A program made the position numbers and the translations under genes. This document shows, in pieces, positions 34,601-49,100 of a stretch of DNA of 57,359 nt; the stretch's first letter is position 1, and the number at the start of each line of letters is the position of its first letter. A model generated the notes under the pieces. The model saw nothing but the letters and a program-made list of their open reading frames with translations, did not search any database and was not told the origin of the DNA. The DNA comes from Utricularia gibba (taxonomy: Eukaryota; Plantae; Magnoliophyta): the NCBI GenBank assembly GCA_002189035.1, contig NEEC01000192.1:1-57359 (forward strand), given 5' to 3'.

Positions 34601-37600
34601 GTCGCGAACGTGGTGGCCAATTTGTGGCACATCTGAAGGCTAAGATAAGGCGATAATTCGAGCTTTGATGCATCCTCGGACGAAGAAGCTTTCAACACGG
34701 AAGCTGACCGGCACGGAAAGGGGTTCGAAACGGTATGCCGGGCGCAGCATGACTCATCACGGTTTTCAGGATATGGCCGAAATACCGAACGGTGTGCGAG
34801 GCACCATGAGGCTGCAGTAGGGACACACCAGAGCTTGTTCAGAGATCGCCTCGAAAACCCATACTTCACGTCACCCAATAAAACGCAGATGTTTTGCAAG
34901 CCGAAAATCACAATCGGTCGATTCTCGTTTCCGAGTCGCATCGTCGCGAACGTGTGGCCAATTTGTGGCACATCTGAAGGCTAAGATAAGGCGATAATTC
35001 GAGCTTTGATGCATCCTCGGACGAAGAAGCTTTCAACACGGAAGCTGACCGGCACGGAAAGGGGTTCGAAACGGTATGCCGGCGCAGCACATCACGGTTT
35101 TCAGGATATGGCCGAAATACCGAACGGTGTGCGAGGCCACCATGAGGCTGCAGTAGGGACACACCCAGAGCTTGTTCAGAGATCGCCTCGAAAACCCATA
35201 CTTCACGTCACCCAATAAAACGCAGATGTTTTGCAAGCGAAAATCACAATCGCGTCGATTCTCGTTTCCGAGTCGCATCGTCGCGAACGTGGTGGCCAAT
35301 TTGTGGCACATCTGAAGGCTAAGATAAGGCGATAATTCGAGCTTTGATGCATCCTCGGACGAAGAAGCTTTCAACACGGAAGCTGACCGGCACGAAAGGG
35401 GTTCGAAACGGTATGCCGGGCGCAGCATGACTCATCACGGTTTTCAGGATATGGCCGAAATACCGAACGGTGTGCGAGGCCACCATGAGGCTGCAGGTAG
35501 GGACACACCCAGAGCTTGTTCAGAGATCGCCTCGAAAACCCATACTTCACGTCACCAATAAAACGCAGATGTTTTGCAAGGCGAAAATCACAATCGGTCG
35601 ATTCTCGTTTTCCGAGTCGCATCGTCGCGAACGTGGTGGCCAATTTGTGGCACATCTGAAGGCTAAGATAAGGCGATAATTCGAGCTTTGATGCATCCTC
35701 GGACGAAGAAGCTTTCAACACGGAAGCTGACCGGCACGGAAAGGGGTTCGAAACGGTATGCCGGGCGCAGCATGACTCATCACGGTTTTCAGGATATGGC
35801 CGAAATACCGAACGGTGTGCGAGGCCACCATGAGGCTGCAGTAGGGACACACCCAGAGCTTGTTCAGAGATCGCCTCGAAAACCCATACTTCACGTCACC
35901 AATAAAACGCACATGTTTTGCAAAGAAAATCACAATCGGTCGATTCTCGTTTCCGAGTCGCATCGTCGCGAACGTGGTGGCCAATTTGTGGCACATCTGA
36001 AGGCTAAGATAAGGCGATAATTCGAGCTTTGATGCATCCTCGGACGAAGAAGCTTTCAACACGGAAGCTGACCGGCACGGAAAGGGGTTCGAAACGGTAT
36101 GCCGGGCGCAGCTGACTCATCACGGTTTTCAGGATATGGCCGAAATACCGAACGGTGTGCGAGGCCCATGAGGCTGCAGTAGGGACACACCCAGAGCTTG
36201 TTCAGAGATCGCCTCGAAAACCCATACTTCACGTCACCCAATAAAACGCAGATGTTTTGCAAGCCGAAAATCACAATCGCGTCGATTCTCGTGTTCCGAG
36301 TCGCATCGTCGCGAACGTGGTGGCCAATTTGTGGCACATCTGAAGGCTAAGATAAGGCGATAATTCGAGCTTTGATGCATCCTCGGACGAAGAAGCTTTC
36401 AACACGGAAGCTGACCGGCACGGAAAGGGGTTCGAAACGGTATGCCGGGCGCAGCATGACTCATCACGGTTTTCAGGATATGGCCGAAATACCGAACGGT
36501 GTGCGAGGCCACCATGAGGCTGCAGTAGGGACACCCAGAGCTTGTTCAGAGATCGCCTCGAAAACCCATACTTCACGTCATCCAATAAAACGCAGATGTT
36601 TTGCAAAAAAATCACAATCGCGTCGATTCTCGTGTTCCGAGTCGCATCGTCGCGAACGTGGTGGCCAATTTGTGGCACATCTGAAGGCTAAGATAAGGCG
36701 ATAATTCGAGCTTTGATGCATCCTCGGACGAAGAAGCTTTCAACACGGAAGCTGACCGGCACGGAAAGGGGTTCGAAACGGTATGCCGGGCGCAGCATGA
36801 CTCATCACGGTTTTCAGGATATGGCCGAAATACCGAACGGTGTGCGAGGCCACCATGAGGCTGCATAGGGACACACCCAGAGCTTGTTCAGAGATCGCCT
36901 CGAAAACCCATACTTCACGTCATCCAATAAAACGCAGATGTTTTGCAAGGCGAAAATCACAATCGCGTCGATTCTCGTGTTCCGAGTCGCATCGTCGCGA
37001 ACGTGGTGGCCAATTTGTGGCACATCTGAAGGCTAAGATAAGGCGATAATTCGAGCTTTGATGCATCCTCGGACGAAGAAGCTTTCAACACGGAAGCTGA
37101 CCGGCACGGAAAGGGGTTCGAAACGGTATGCCGGCGCAGCTGACTCATCACGGTTTTCAGGATATGGCCGAAATACCGAACGGTGTGCGAGGCCACCATG
37201 AGGCTGCAGTAGGGACACACCAGAGCTTGTTCAGAGATCGCCTCGAAAACCCATACTTCACGTCACCAATAAAACGCAGATGTTTTGCAAGCGAAAATCA
37301 CAATCGCGTCGATTCTCGTGTTCCGAGTCGCATCGTCGCGAACGTGGTGGCCAATTTGTGGCACATCTGAAGGCTAAGATAAGGCGATAATTCGAGCTTT
37401 GATGCATCCTCGGACGAAGAAGCTTTCAACACGGAAGCTGACCGGCACGGAAAGGGGTTCGAAACGGTATGCCGGGCGCAGCATGACTCATCACGGTTTT
37501 CAGGATATGGCCGAAATACCGAACGGTGTGCGAGGCCACCATGAGGCTGCATAGGGACACACCCAGAGCTTGTTCAGAGATCGCCTCGAAAACCCATACT

Positions 37601-40117
37601 TCACGTCATCCAATAAAACGCAGATGTTTGCAAGGCGAAAATCACAATCGCGTCGATTCTCGTGTTCCGAGTCGCATCGTCGCGAACGTGGTGGCCAATT
37701 TGTGGCACATCTGAAGGCTAAGATAAGGCGATAATTCGAGCTTTGATGCATCCTCGGACGAAGAAGCTTTCAACACGGAAGCTGACCGGCACGGAAAGGG
37801 GTTCGAAACGGTATGCCGGGCGCAGCTGACTCATCACGGTTTTCAGGATATGGCCGAAATACCGAACGGTGTGCGAGGCCACCATGAGGCTGCAGTAGGG
37901 ACACACCCAGAGCTTGTTCAGAGATCGCCTCGAAAACCCATACTTCACGTCATCCCAATAAAACGCAGATGTTTTGCAAGGCGAAAATCACAATCGGTCG
38001 ATTCTCGTGTTCCGAGTCGCATCGTCGCGAACGTGGTGGCCAAATTTGTGGCACATCTGAAGGCTAAGATAAGGCGATAATTCGAGCTTTGATGCATCCT
38101 CGGACGAAGAAGCTTTCAACACGGAAGCTGACCGGCACGGAAAGGGGTTCGAAACGGTATGCCGGCGCAGCTTGACTCATCACGGTTTTCAGGATATGGC
38201 CGAAATACCGAACGGTGTGCGAGGCCACCATGAGGCTGCAGTAGGGACACACCCAGAGCTTGTTCAGAGATCGCCTCGAAAACCCATACTTCACGTCATC
38301 CAATAAAACGCAGATGTTTTGCAAGGCGAAAATCACAATCGCGTCGATTCTCGTGTTCCGAGTCGCATCGTCGCGAACGTGGTGGCCAATTTGTGGCACA
38401 TCTGAAGGCTAAGATAAGGCGATAATTCGAGCTTTGATGCATCCTCGGACGAAGAAGCTTTCAACACGGAAGCTGACCGGCACGGAAAGGGTTCGAAACG
38501 GTATGCCGGGCGCAGCATGACTCATCACGGTTTTCAGGATATGGCCGAAATACCGAACGGTGTGCGAGGCCACCATGAGGCTGCAGGTAGGGACACACCA
38601 GAGCTTGTTCAGAGATCGCCTCGAAAACCCATACTTCACGTCACCCAATAAAACGCAGATGTTTTGAAACCCGAAAATCACAATCGGTCGATTCTCGTTT
38701 CCGAGTCGCATCGTCGCGAACGTGGTGGCCAATTTGTGGCACATCTGAAGGCTAAGATAAGGCGATAATTCGAGCTTGATGCATCCTCGGACGAAGAAGC
38801 TTTCAACGGAAGCTGACCGGCACGGAAAGGGGTTCGAAACGGTATGCCGGCGCAGCATGACTCATCACGGTTTTCAGGATATGGCCGAAATACCGAACGG
38901 TGTGCGAGGCCACCATGAGGCTGCAGTAGGGACACACCCAGAGCTTGTTCAGAGATCGCCTCGAAAACCCATACTTCACGTCATCCAATAAAACGCAGAT
39001 GTTTTGCAAGCCGAAAATCACAATCGCGTCGATTCTCGTGTTCCGAGTCGCATCGTCGCGAACGTGGTGGCCAATTTGTGGCACATCTGAAGGCTAAGAT
39101 AAGGCGATAATTCGAGCTTTGATGCATCCTCGGACGAAGAAGCTTTCAACACGGAAGCTGACCGGCACGGAAAGGGGTTCGAAACGGTATGCCGGGCGCA
39201 GCATGACTCATCACGGTTTTCAGGATATGGCCGAAATACCGAACGGTGTGCGAGGCCACCATGAGGCTGCAGTAGGGAACACCCAGAGCTTGTTCAGAGA
39301 TCGCCTCGAAAACCCATACTTCACGTCACCAATAAAACGCAGATGTTTTGCAAGCGAAAATCACAATCGCGTCGATTCTCGTGTTCCGAGTCGCATCGTC
39401 GCGAACGTGGTGGCCAATTTGTGGCACATCTGAAGGCTAAGATAAGGCGATAATTCGAGCTTTGATGCATCTCGGACGAAGAAGCTTTCAACACGGAAGC
39501 TGACCGGCACGGAAAGGGTTCGAAACGGTATGCCGGCGCAGCGACTCATCACGGTTTCAGGATATGGCCGAAATACCGAACGGTGTGCGAGGCCACCATG
39601 AGGCTGCAGTAGGGAACACCCAGAGCTTGTTCAGAGATCGCCTCGAAAACCCATACTTCACGTCATCCAATAAAACGCAGATGTTTTGCAAGGCGAAAAT
39701 CACAATCGCGTCGATTCTCGTGTTCCGAGTCGCATCGTCGCGAACGTGGTGGCCAATTTGTGGCACATCTGAAGGCTAAGATAGGCGATAATTCGAGCTT
39801 TGATGCATCCTCGGACGAAGAAGCTTTCAACACGGAAGCTGACCGGCACGGAAAGGGGTTCGAAACGGTATGCCGGGCGCAGCTTGACTCATCACGGTTT
39901 TCAGGATATGGCCGAAATACCGAACGGTGTGCGAGGCCACCATGAGGCTGCAGTAGGGACACACCCAGAGCTTGTTCAGAGATCGCCTCGAAAACCCATA
40001 CTTCACGTCATCCAATAAAACGCACATGTTTTGCAAACCGAAAATCACAATCGGTCGATTCTCGTTTTCCGAGTCGCATCGTCGCGAACGTGGTGGCCAA
40101 TTTGTGGCACATCTGAA

Positions 40118-43100
40118 GGCTAATATAAGGCGATAATTCGAGCTCTGATGCATCCTCGGACGAAGATGCTTTCAACACGGAAGCTGACCGGCACGGAAAG
40201 GGGTTCGAAACGGTATGCCGAGCGCAGCGTGACTCATCACGGTTTTCAGGATATGCCGAAATACCGAACGGTGTGCGAGGCCACCATGAGGCTGCGGGTA
40301 GGGACACACCCAGAGCTTGTTCAGAGATCGCCTCGAAAACCCATACTTCACGTCATCCAATAAAACGCAGATGTTTTGCAAGCCGAAAATCACAATCGCG
40401 TCGATTCTCGTGTTCCGAGTCGCATCGTCGCGAACGTGGTGGCCAATTTGTGGCACATCTGAAGGCTAATATAAGGCGATAATTCGAGCTCTGATGCATC
40501 CTCGGACGAAGAAGCTTTCAACACGGAAGCTGACCGGCACGGAAAGGGGTTCGAAACGGTATGCCGGGCAGCGTGACTCATCACGGTTTTCAGGATATGG
40601 CCGAAATACCGAACGGTGTGCGAGGCCACCATGAGGCTGCGGGTAGGGACACACCCAGAGCTTGTTCAGAGATCGCCTCGAAAACCCATACTTCACGTCA
40701 CCAATAAAACGCAGATGTTTTGCAAGCGAAAATCACAATCGCGTCGATTCTCGTGTTCCGAGTCGCATCGTCGCGAACGTGGTGGCCAATTTGTGGCACA
40801 TCTGAAGGCTAATAAGGCGATAATTCGAGCTCTGATGCATCCTCGGACGAAGAAGCTTTCAACACGGAAGCTGACCGGCACGGAAAGGGGTTCGAAACGG
40901 TATGCCGGGCGCAGCGTGACTCATCATTTCAGATATATCGAAATGCCGAACGGTGTGCGAGGCCACCATGAGGCTGCGGGTAGGAACACACCTAGAGCTT
41001 GTTCAGAGATCGCCTCGAAAACCCATACTTCACATCACCAATAAAACGCAGATGTTTTGCAAGCGAAAATCACAATCGCGTCGATTCTCGTGTTCCGAGT
41101 CGCATCGTCGCGAACGTGGTGGCCAATTTGTGGCACATCTGAAGGCTAATATAAGGCGATAATTCGAGCTTGATGCATCCTCGGACGAAGAAGCTTTCAA
41201 CACGGAAGCTGACCGGCACGGAAAGGGGTTCGAAACGGTATGCCGGGCGCAGCATGACTCATCACGGTTTTCAGGATATGGCCGAAATACCGAACGGTGT
41301 GCGAGGCCACCATGAGGCTGCGGGTAGGGACAACACCAGAGCTTGTTCAGAGATCGCCTCGAAAACCCATACTTCACGTCACCAATAAAACGCAGATGTT
41401 TGCAAGCCGAAAATCACAATCGCGTCGATTCTCGTGTTCCGAGTCGCATCGTCGCGAACGTGGTGGCCAATTTGTGGCACATCTGAAGGCTAATATAAGG
41501 CGATAATTCGAGCTCTGATGCATCCTCGGACGAAGAAGCTTTCAACACGGAAGCTGACCGGCACGGAAAGGGGTTCGAAACGGTATGCCGGGCGCAGCGT
41601 GACTCATCACGGTTTTCAGGATATCGCCGAAATACCGAACGGTGTGCGAGGCCACCATGAGGCTGCGTAGGGACACACCAGAGCTTGTTCAGAGATCGCC
41701 TCGAAAACCCATACTTCACGTCATCCAATAAAACGCAGATGTTTTGCAAGCCGAAAATCACAATCGGTCGATTCTCGTGTTCCGAGTCGCATCGTCGCGA
41801 ACGTGGTGGCCAATTTGTGGCACATCTGAAGGCTAATATAAGGCGATAATTCGAGCTCTGATGCATCCTCGGACGAAGATGCTTTCAACACGGAAGCTGA
41901 CCGGCACGGAAAGGGGTTCGAAACGGTATGCCGGCGCAGCGTGACTCATCACGGTTTCAGGATATGCCGAAATACCGAACGGTGTGCGAGGCACCATGAG
42001 GCTGCGGGTAGGGACACACCCAGAGCTTGTTCAGAGATCGCCTCGAAAACCATACTTCACGTCAAATAAAACGCAGATGTTTTGCAAGCGAAAATCACAA
42101 TCGCGTCGATTCTCGTGTTCCGAGTCGCATCGTCGCGAACGTGGTGGCCAATTTGTGGCACATCTGAAGGCTAAGATAAGGCGATAATTCGAGCTCTGAT
42201 GCATCCTCGGACGAAGAAGCTTTCAACACGGAAGCTGACCGGGAAAGGGTTCGAAACGGTATGCCGGCGCAGCGTGACTCATCGGTTTCAGATATGTGCC
42301 GAACGGTGTGCGAGGCCACCATGAGGCTGCGGGTAGGAACACACCAGAGCTTGTTCAGAGATCGCCTCGAAAACCCATACTTCACGTCACCCAATAAAAC
42401 GCAGATGTTTTGCAAGGCGAAAATCACAATCGCGTCGATTCTCGTGTTCCGAGTCGCATCGTCGCGAACGTGGTGGCCAATTTGTGGCACATCTGAAGGC
42501 TAAGATAAGGCGATAATTCGAGCTCTGATGCATCCTCGGACGAAGAAGCTTTCAACACGGAAGCTGACCGGCACGGAAAGGGGTTCGAAACGGTATGCCG
42601 GCGCAGCGTGACTCATCATTTTCAGGATATCCGAAATACCGAACGGTGTGCGAGGCCACCATGAGGCTGCGGGTAGAACACACCCAGAGCTTGTTCAGAG
42701 ATCGCCTCGAAAACCCATACTTCACGTCATCCAATAAAACGCAGATGTTTTCAAGCCGAAAATCACAATCGCGTCGATTCTCGTGTTCCGAGTCGCATCG
42801 TCGCGAACGTGGTGGCCAATTTGTGGCACATCTGAAGGCTAAGATAAGGCGATAATTCGAGCTTGATGCATCCTCGGACGAAGAAGCTTTCAACACGGAA
42901 GCTGACCGGCACGGAAAGGGGTTCGAAACGGTATGCCGGGCGCAGCGTGACTCATCACGGTTTTCAGATATCGCCGAAATACCGAACGGTGTGCGAGGCC
43001 ACCATGAGGCTGCGGGTAGGGACACACCGAGCTTGTTCAGAGATCGCCTCGAAAACCCATACTTCACGTCACCCAATAAAACGCAGATGTTTTGCAAGGC

Positions 43101-46100
43101 GAAAATCACAATCGGTCGATTCTCGTGTTCCGAGTCGCATCGTCGCGAACGTGGTGGCCAATTTGTGGCACATCTGAAGGCTAATATAAGGCGATAATTC
43201 GAGCTCTGATGCATCCTCGGACGAAGATGCTTTCAACACGGAAGCTGACACGGAAAGGGTTCGAAACGGTATGCCGGGCGCAGCTGACTCATCGATTTCA
43301 GATATGACGAATGCCGAACGGTGTGCGAGGCCACCATGAGGCTGCGGTAGGAACACACCCAGAGCTTGTTCAGAGATCGCCTCGAAAACCCATACTTCAC
43401 GTCACCCAATAAAACGCAGATGTTTTGCAAGGCGAAAATCACAATCGCGTCGATTCTCGTGTTCCGAGTCGCATCGTCGCGAACGTGGTGGCCAATTTGT
43501 GGCACATCTGAAGGCTAATAAGGCGATAATTCGAGCTCTGATGCATCCTCGGACGAAGAAGCTTTCAACACGGAAGCTGACCGGCACGGAAAGGGGTTCG
43601 AAACGGTATGCCGGCGCAGCGTGACTCATCACGGTTTTCAGGATATGGCCGAAATACCGAACGGTGTGCGAGGCCACCATGAGGCTGCGGTAGGGACACA
43701 CCCAGAGCTTGTTCAGAGATCGCTCGAAAACCCATACTTCACGTCATCCAATAAAACGCAGATGTTTTGCAAGCGAAAATCACAATCGCGTCGATTCTCG
43801 TGTTCCGAGTCGCATCGTCGCGAACGTGGTGGCCAATTTGTGGCACATCTGAAGGCTAATATAAGGCGATAATTCGAGCTTTGATGCATCCTCGGACGAA
43901 GAAGCTTTCAACACGGAAGCTGACCGGCACGGAAAGGGGTTCGAAACGGTATGCCGGGCGCAGCGTGACTCATCACGGTTTTCAGGATATGCCGAAATAC
44001 CGAACGGTGTGCGAGGCCACCATGAGGCTGCGGTAGGGACACACCCAGAGCTTGTTCAGAGATCGCCTCGAAAACCCATACTTCACGTCACCAATAAAAC
44101 GCAGATTTTGCAAGGCGAAAATCACAATCGCGTCGATTCTCGTGTTCCGAGTCGCATCGTCGCGAACGTGGTGGCCAATTTGTGGCACATCTGAAGGCTA
44201 ATATAAGGCGATAATTCGAGCTCTGATGCATCCTCGACGAAGATGCTTTCAACACGGAAGCTGACCGGCACGGAAGGGTTCGAAACGGTATGCCGGGCGC
44301 AGCGTGACTCATCACGGTTTTCAGGATATGCCGAAATACCGAACGGTGTGCGAGGCCACCATGAGGCTGCGGGTAGGGACACACCAGAGCTTGTTCAGAG
44401 ATCGCCTCGAAAACCCATACTTCACGTCACCAATAAAACGCAGATGTTTTGCAAGCCGAAAATCACAATCGCGTCGATTCTCGTGTTCCGAGTCGCATCG
44501 TCGCGAACGTGGTGGCCAATTTGTGGCACATCTGAAGGCTAATATAAGGCGATAATTCGAGCTCTGATGCATCCTCGGACGAAGATGCTTTCAACACGGA
44601 AGCTGACCGGCACGGAAAGGGGTTCGAAACGGTATGCCGGGCGCAGCGTGACTCATCACGGTTTTCAGGATATGCCGAAATACCGAACGGTGTGCGAGGC
44701 CACCATGAGGCTGAGGACACACCAGAGCTTGTTCAGAGATCGCCTCGAAAACCCATACTTCACGTCATCCAATAAAACGCAGATGTTTTGCAAGCCGAAA
44801 ATCACATCGCGTCGATTCTCGTGTTCCGAGTCGCATCGTCGCGAACGTGGTGGCCAATTTGTGGCACATCTGAAGGCTAATATAAGGCGATAATTCGAGC
44901 TCTGATGCATCCTCGGACGAAGAAGCTTTCAACACGGAAGCTGACCGGCACGGAAAGGGTTCGAAACGGTATGCCGGGCGCAGCGTGACTCATCAATTTC
45001 AGGATATCGACGAAATACCGAACGGTGTGCGAGGCCACCATGAGGCTGCGGGTAGGGACACACCCAGCTTGTTCAGAGATCGCCTCGAAAACCCATACTT
45101 CACGTCACCAATAAAACGCAGATGTTTTGCAAGCCGAAAATCACAATCGCGTCGATTCTCGAGTCGCATCGTCGCGAACGTGGTGGCCAATTTGTGGCAC
45201 ATCTGAAGGCTAATATAAGGCGATAATTCGAGCTCTGATGCATCCTCGGACGAAGAAGCTTTCAACACGGAAGCTGACCGGGAAAGGGTTCGAAACGGTA
45301 TGCCGGGCGCAGCGTGACTCATCACGATTTCACCGAAATACCGAACGGTGTGCGAGGCCACCATGAGGCTGCGGGTAGGACACACCCAGAGCTTGTTCAG
45401 AGATCGCCTCGAAAACCCATACTTCACGTCACCCAATAAAACGCAGATGTTTTGCAAGCCGAAAATCACAATCGCGTCGATTCTCGTGTTCCGAGTCGCA
45501 TCGTCGCGAACGTGGTGGCCAATTTGTGGCACATCTGAAGGCTAATAAGGCGATAATTCGAGCTCTGATGCATCCTCGGACGAAGATGCTTTCAACACGG
45601 AAGCTGACCGGCACGGAAAGGGGTTCGAAACGGTATGCCGGCGCAGCGTGACTCATCACGGTTTTCAGGATATGCCGAAATACCGAACGGTGTGCGAGGC
45701 CACCATGAGGCTGCGGTAGGGACACACCCAGAGCTTGTTCAGAGATCGCCTCGAAAACCCATACTTCACGTCATCCAATAAAACGCAGATGTTTTGCAAG
45801 GCGAAAATCACAATCGCGTCGATTCTCGTGTTCCGAGTCGCATCGTCGCGAACGTGGTGGCCAATTTGTGGCACATCTGAAGGCTAATATAAGGCGATAA
45901 TTCGAGCTCTGATGCATCCTCGGACGAAGAAGCTTTCAACACGGAAGCTGACCGGCACGGAAAGGGTTCGAAACGGTATGCCGGGCGCAGCGTGACTCAT
46001 CACGGTTTCAGGATATCCGAATACCGAACGGTGTGCGAGGCCACCATGAGGCTGCGGGTAGGACACACCCAGAGCTTGTTCAGAGATCGCCTCGAAAACC

Positions 46101-49100
46101 CATACTTCACGTCAAATAAAACGCAGATGTTTTGCAAGGCGAAAATCACAATCGCGTCGATTCTCGTGTTCCGAGTCGCATCGTCGCGAACGTGGTGGCC
46201 AATTTGTGGCACATCTGAAGGCTAATATAAGGCGATAATTCGAGCTCGATGCATCCTCGGACGAAGATGCTTTCAACACGGAAGCTGACCGGCACGGAAA
46301 GGGTTTCGAAACGGTATGCCGGCGCAGCGTGACTCATCACTTCAGGATATCGAAATACCGAACGGTGTGCGAGGCCACCATGAGGCAGGACACACCCAGA
46401 GCTTGTTCAGAGATCGCCTCGAAAACCCATACTTCACGTCCCCAATAAAACGCAGATGTTTTGCAAGGCGAAAATCACAATCGCGTCGATTCTCGTGTTC
46501 CGAGTCGCATCGTCGCGAACGTGGTGGCCAATTTGTGGCACATCTGAAGGCTAATATAAGGCGATAATTCGAGCTCTGATGCATCCTCGGACGAAGATGC
46601 TTTCAACACGGAAGCTGACCGGCACGGAAAGGGGTTCGAAACGGTATGCCGGCGCAGCGTGACTCATCACGGTTTTCAGGATATGCCGAAATACCGAACG
46701 GTGTGCGAGGCCACCATGAGGCTGCGGGTAGGGACACACCCAGAGCTTGTTCAGAGATCGCCTCGAAAACCCATACTTCACGTCACCAATAAAACGCAGA
46801 TGTTTTGCAAGCGAAAATCACAATCGCGTCGATTCGTGTTCCGAGTCGCATCGTCGCGAACGTGGTGGCCAATTTGTGGCACATCTGAAGGCTAAGATAA
46901 GGCGATAATTCGAGCTCTGATGCATCCTCGGACGAAGAAGCTTTCAACACGGAAGCTGACCGGCACGGAAAGGGTTCGAACGGTATGCCGGGCGCAGCGT
47001 GACTCATCACGATTTCAGATATCGACGACCGAACGGTGTGCGAGGCCACCATGAGGCTGCGGTAGGACACACCCAGAGCTTGTTCAGAGATCGCCTCGAA
47101 AACCCATACTTCACGTCACCCAATAAAACGCAGATGTTTTGCAAGGCGAAAATCACAATCGCGTCGATTCTCGTGTTCCGAGTCGCATCGTCGCGAACGT
47201 GGTGGCCAATTTGTGGCACATCTGAAGGCTAATATAAGGCGATAATTCGAGCTCTGATGCATCCTCGGACGAAGAAGCTTTCAACACGGAAGCTGACCGG
47301 CACGGAAAGGGGTTCGAAACGGTATGCCGGCGCAGCTGACTCATCCTTCAGGATATCGAAAATGCCGAACGGTGTGCGAGGCCACCATGAGGCTGCGGGT
47401 AGGGACACACCCAGAGCTTGTTCAGAGATCGCCTCGAAAACCCATACTTCACGTCACCCAATAAAACGCAGATGTTTTGCAAGGCGAAAATCACAATCGC
47501 GTCGATTCTCGTGTTCCGAGTCGCATCGTCGCGAACGTGGTGGCCAATTTGTGGCACATCTGAAGGCTAAGATAAGGCGATAATTCGAGCTCTGATGCAT
47601 CCTCGGACGAAGAAGCTTTCAACACGGAAGCTGACCGGCACGGAAAGGGGTTCGAAACGGTATGCCGGCGCAGCGTGACTCATCACGGTTTTCAGGATAT
47701 GCCGAAATACCGAACGGTGTGCGAGGCCACCATGAGGCTGCGGGTAGGACACACCCAGAGCTTGTTCAGAGATCGCCTCGAAAACCCATACTTCACGTCA
47801 CCCAATAAAACGCAGATGTTTTGCAAGGCGAAAATCACAATCGCGTCGATTCTCGTGTTCCGAGTCGCATCGTCGCGAACGTGGTGGCCAATTTGTGGCA
47901 CATCTGAAGGCTAATATAAGGCGATAATTCGAGCTCTGATGCATCCTCGGACGAAGAAGCTTTCAACACGGAAGCTGACCGGCACGGAAAGGGTTCGAAA
48001 CGGTATGCCGGCGCAGCGTGACTCATCACGGTTTCAGGATATGGCCGAAATACCGAACGGTGTGCGAGGCCACCATGAGGCTGCGGTAGGGACACACCCA
48101 GAGCTTGTTCAGAGATCGCCTCGAAAACCCATACTTCACGTCACCAATAAAACGCAGATGTTTTGCAAGCGAAAATCACAATCGCGTCGATTCTCGTGTT
48201 CCGAGTCGCATCGTCGCGAACGTGGTGGCCAATTTGTGGCACATCTGAAGGCTAATAAGGCGATAATTCGAGCTCTGATGCATCCTCGGACGAAGAAGCT
48301 TTCAACACGGAAGCTGACCGGACGGAAAGGGGTTCGAAACGGTATGCCGGGCGCAGCGTGACTCATCTTTCAGGATATGGCGAAATACCGAACGGTGTGC
48401 GAGGCCACCATGAGGCTGCGGGTAGGAACACACCCAGAGCTTGTTCAGAGATCGCCTCGAAAACCCATACTTCACGTCAAATAAAACGCAGATGTTTTGC
48501 AAGCGAAAATCACAATCGCGTCGATTCTCGTGTTCCGAGTCGCATCGTCGCGAACGTGGTGGCCAATTTGTGGCACATCTGAAGGCTAATAAGGCGATAA
48601 TTCGAGCTCGATGCATCCTCGGACGAAGAAGCTTTCAACACGGAAGCTGACCGGCACGGAAAGGGGTTCGAAACGGTATGCCGGCGCAGCGTGACTCAGA
48701 TTTCAGATATCTCCGAACGGTGTGCGAGGCCACCATGAGGCTGCGGTAGGGACACACCCAGAGCTTGTTCAGAGATCGCCTCGAAAACCCATACTTCACG
48801 TCACCCAATAAAACGCAGATGTTTTGCAAGCGAAAATCACAATCGCGTCGATTCTCGTGTTCCGAGTCGCATCGTCGCGAACGTGGTGGCCAATTTGTGG
48901 CACATCTGAAGGCTAAGATAAGGCGATAATTCGAGCTCTGATGCATCCTCGGACGAAGAAGCTTTCAACACGGAAGCTGACCGCACGGAAAGGGGTTCGA
49001 AACGGTATGCCGGCGCAGCGTGACTCATCACGGTTTTCAGGATATGCGAAATACCGAACGGTGTGCGAGGCCACCATGAGGCTGCGGGTAGGGACACACC

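Larger units (their letters stand above)
1..40117. repeat. Left sub-array: type-A units with interspersed type-B units
   Basis: Dominant alleles are GCTAAGATAAGG, GAGCTTTGATG, GAAGAAGC, GCAGCATGAC and GCTGCAGTAGG. Minority units carry CCCGAAAA / AATCGGGTCG / CTCGTTTTCC, e.g. 1331-1370. Confidence 0.75.

Noticed and set aside
1-40117. Higher-order repeat periodicity of type-B units
   Set aside because: B-like units appear at irregular intervals (about units 2, 4-5, 8, 11-13, 18-20, 24 and so on) with no constant period by eye. An autocorrelation on accurate reads would be needed to exclude it fully.
40102-40129. Sigma70-like promoter TTGTGG-16-TATAAG created by the type-C allele
   Set aside because: Poor -35 match, suboptimal spacing, and no evidence that the DNA is bacterial.
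40491-40531. Hammerhead-like string CTGATGCATCCTCGGACGAAG followed by a hairpin (type-C units), and GTGATGAGTC on the minus strand
   Set aside because: Core residues are violated (CUGAUGC instead of CUGAUGA; GAAG instead of GAAA; no NUH site or stem I partner). Type A reads TTGATG. The minus-strand hit starts with G and has no properly placed GAAA.
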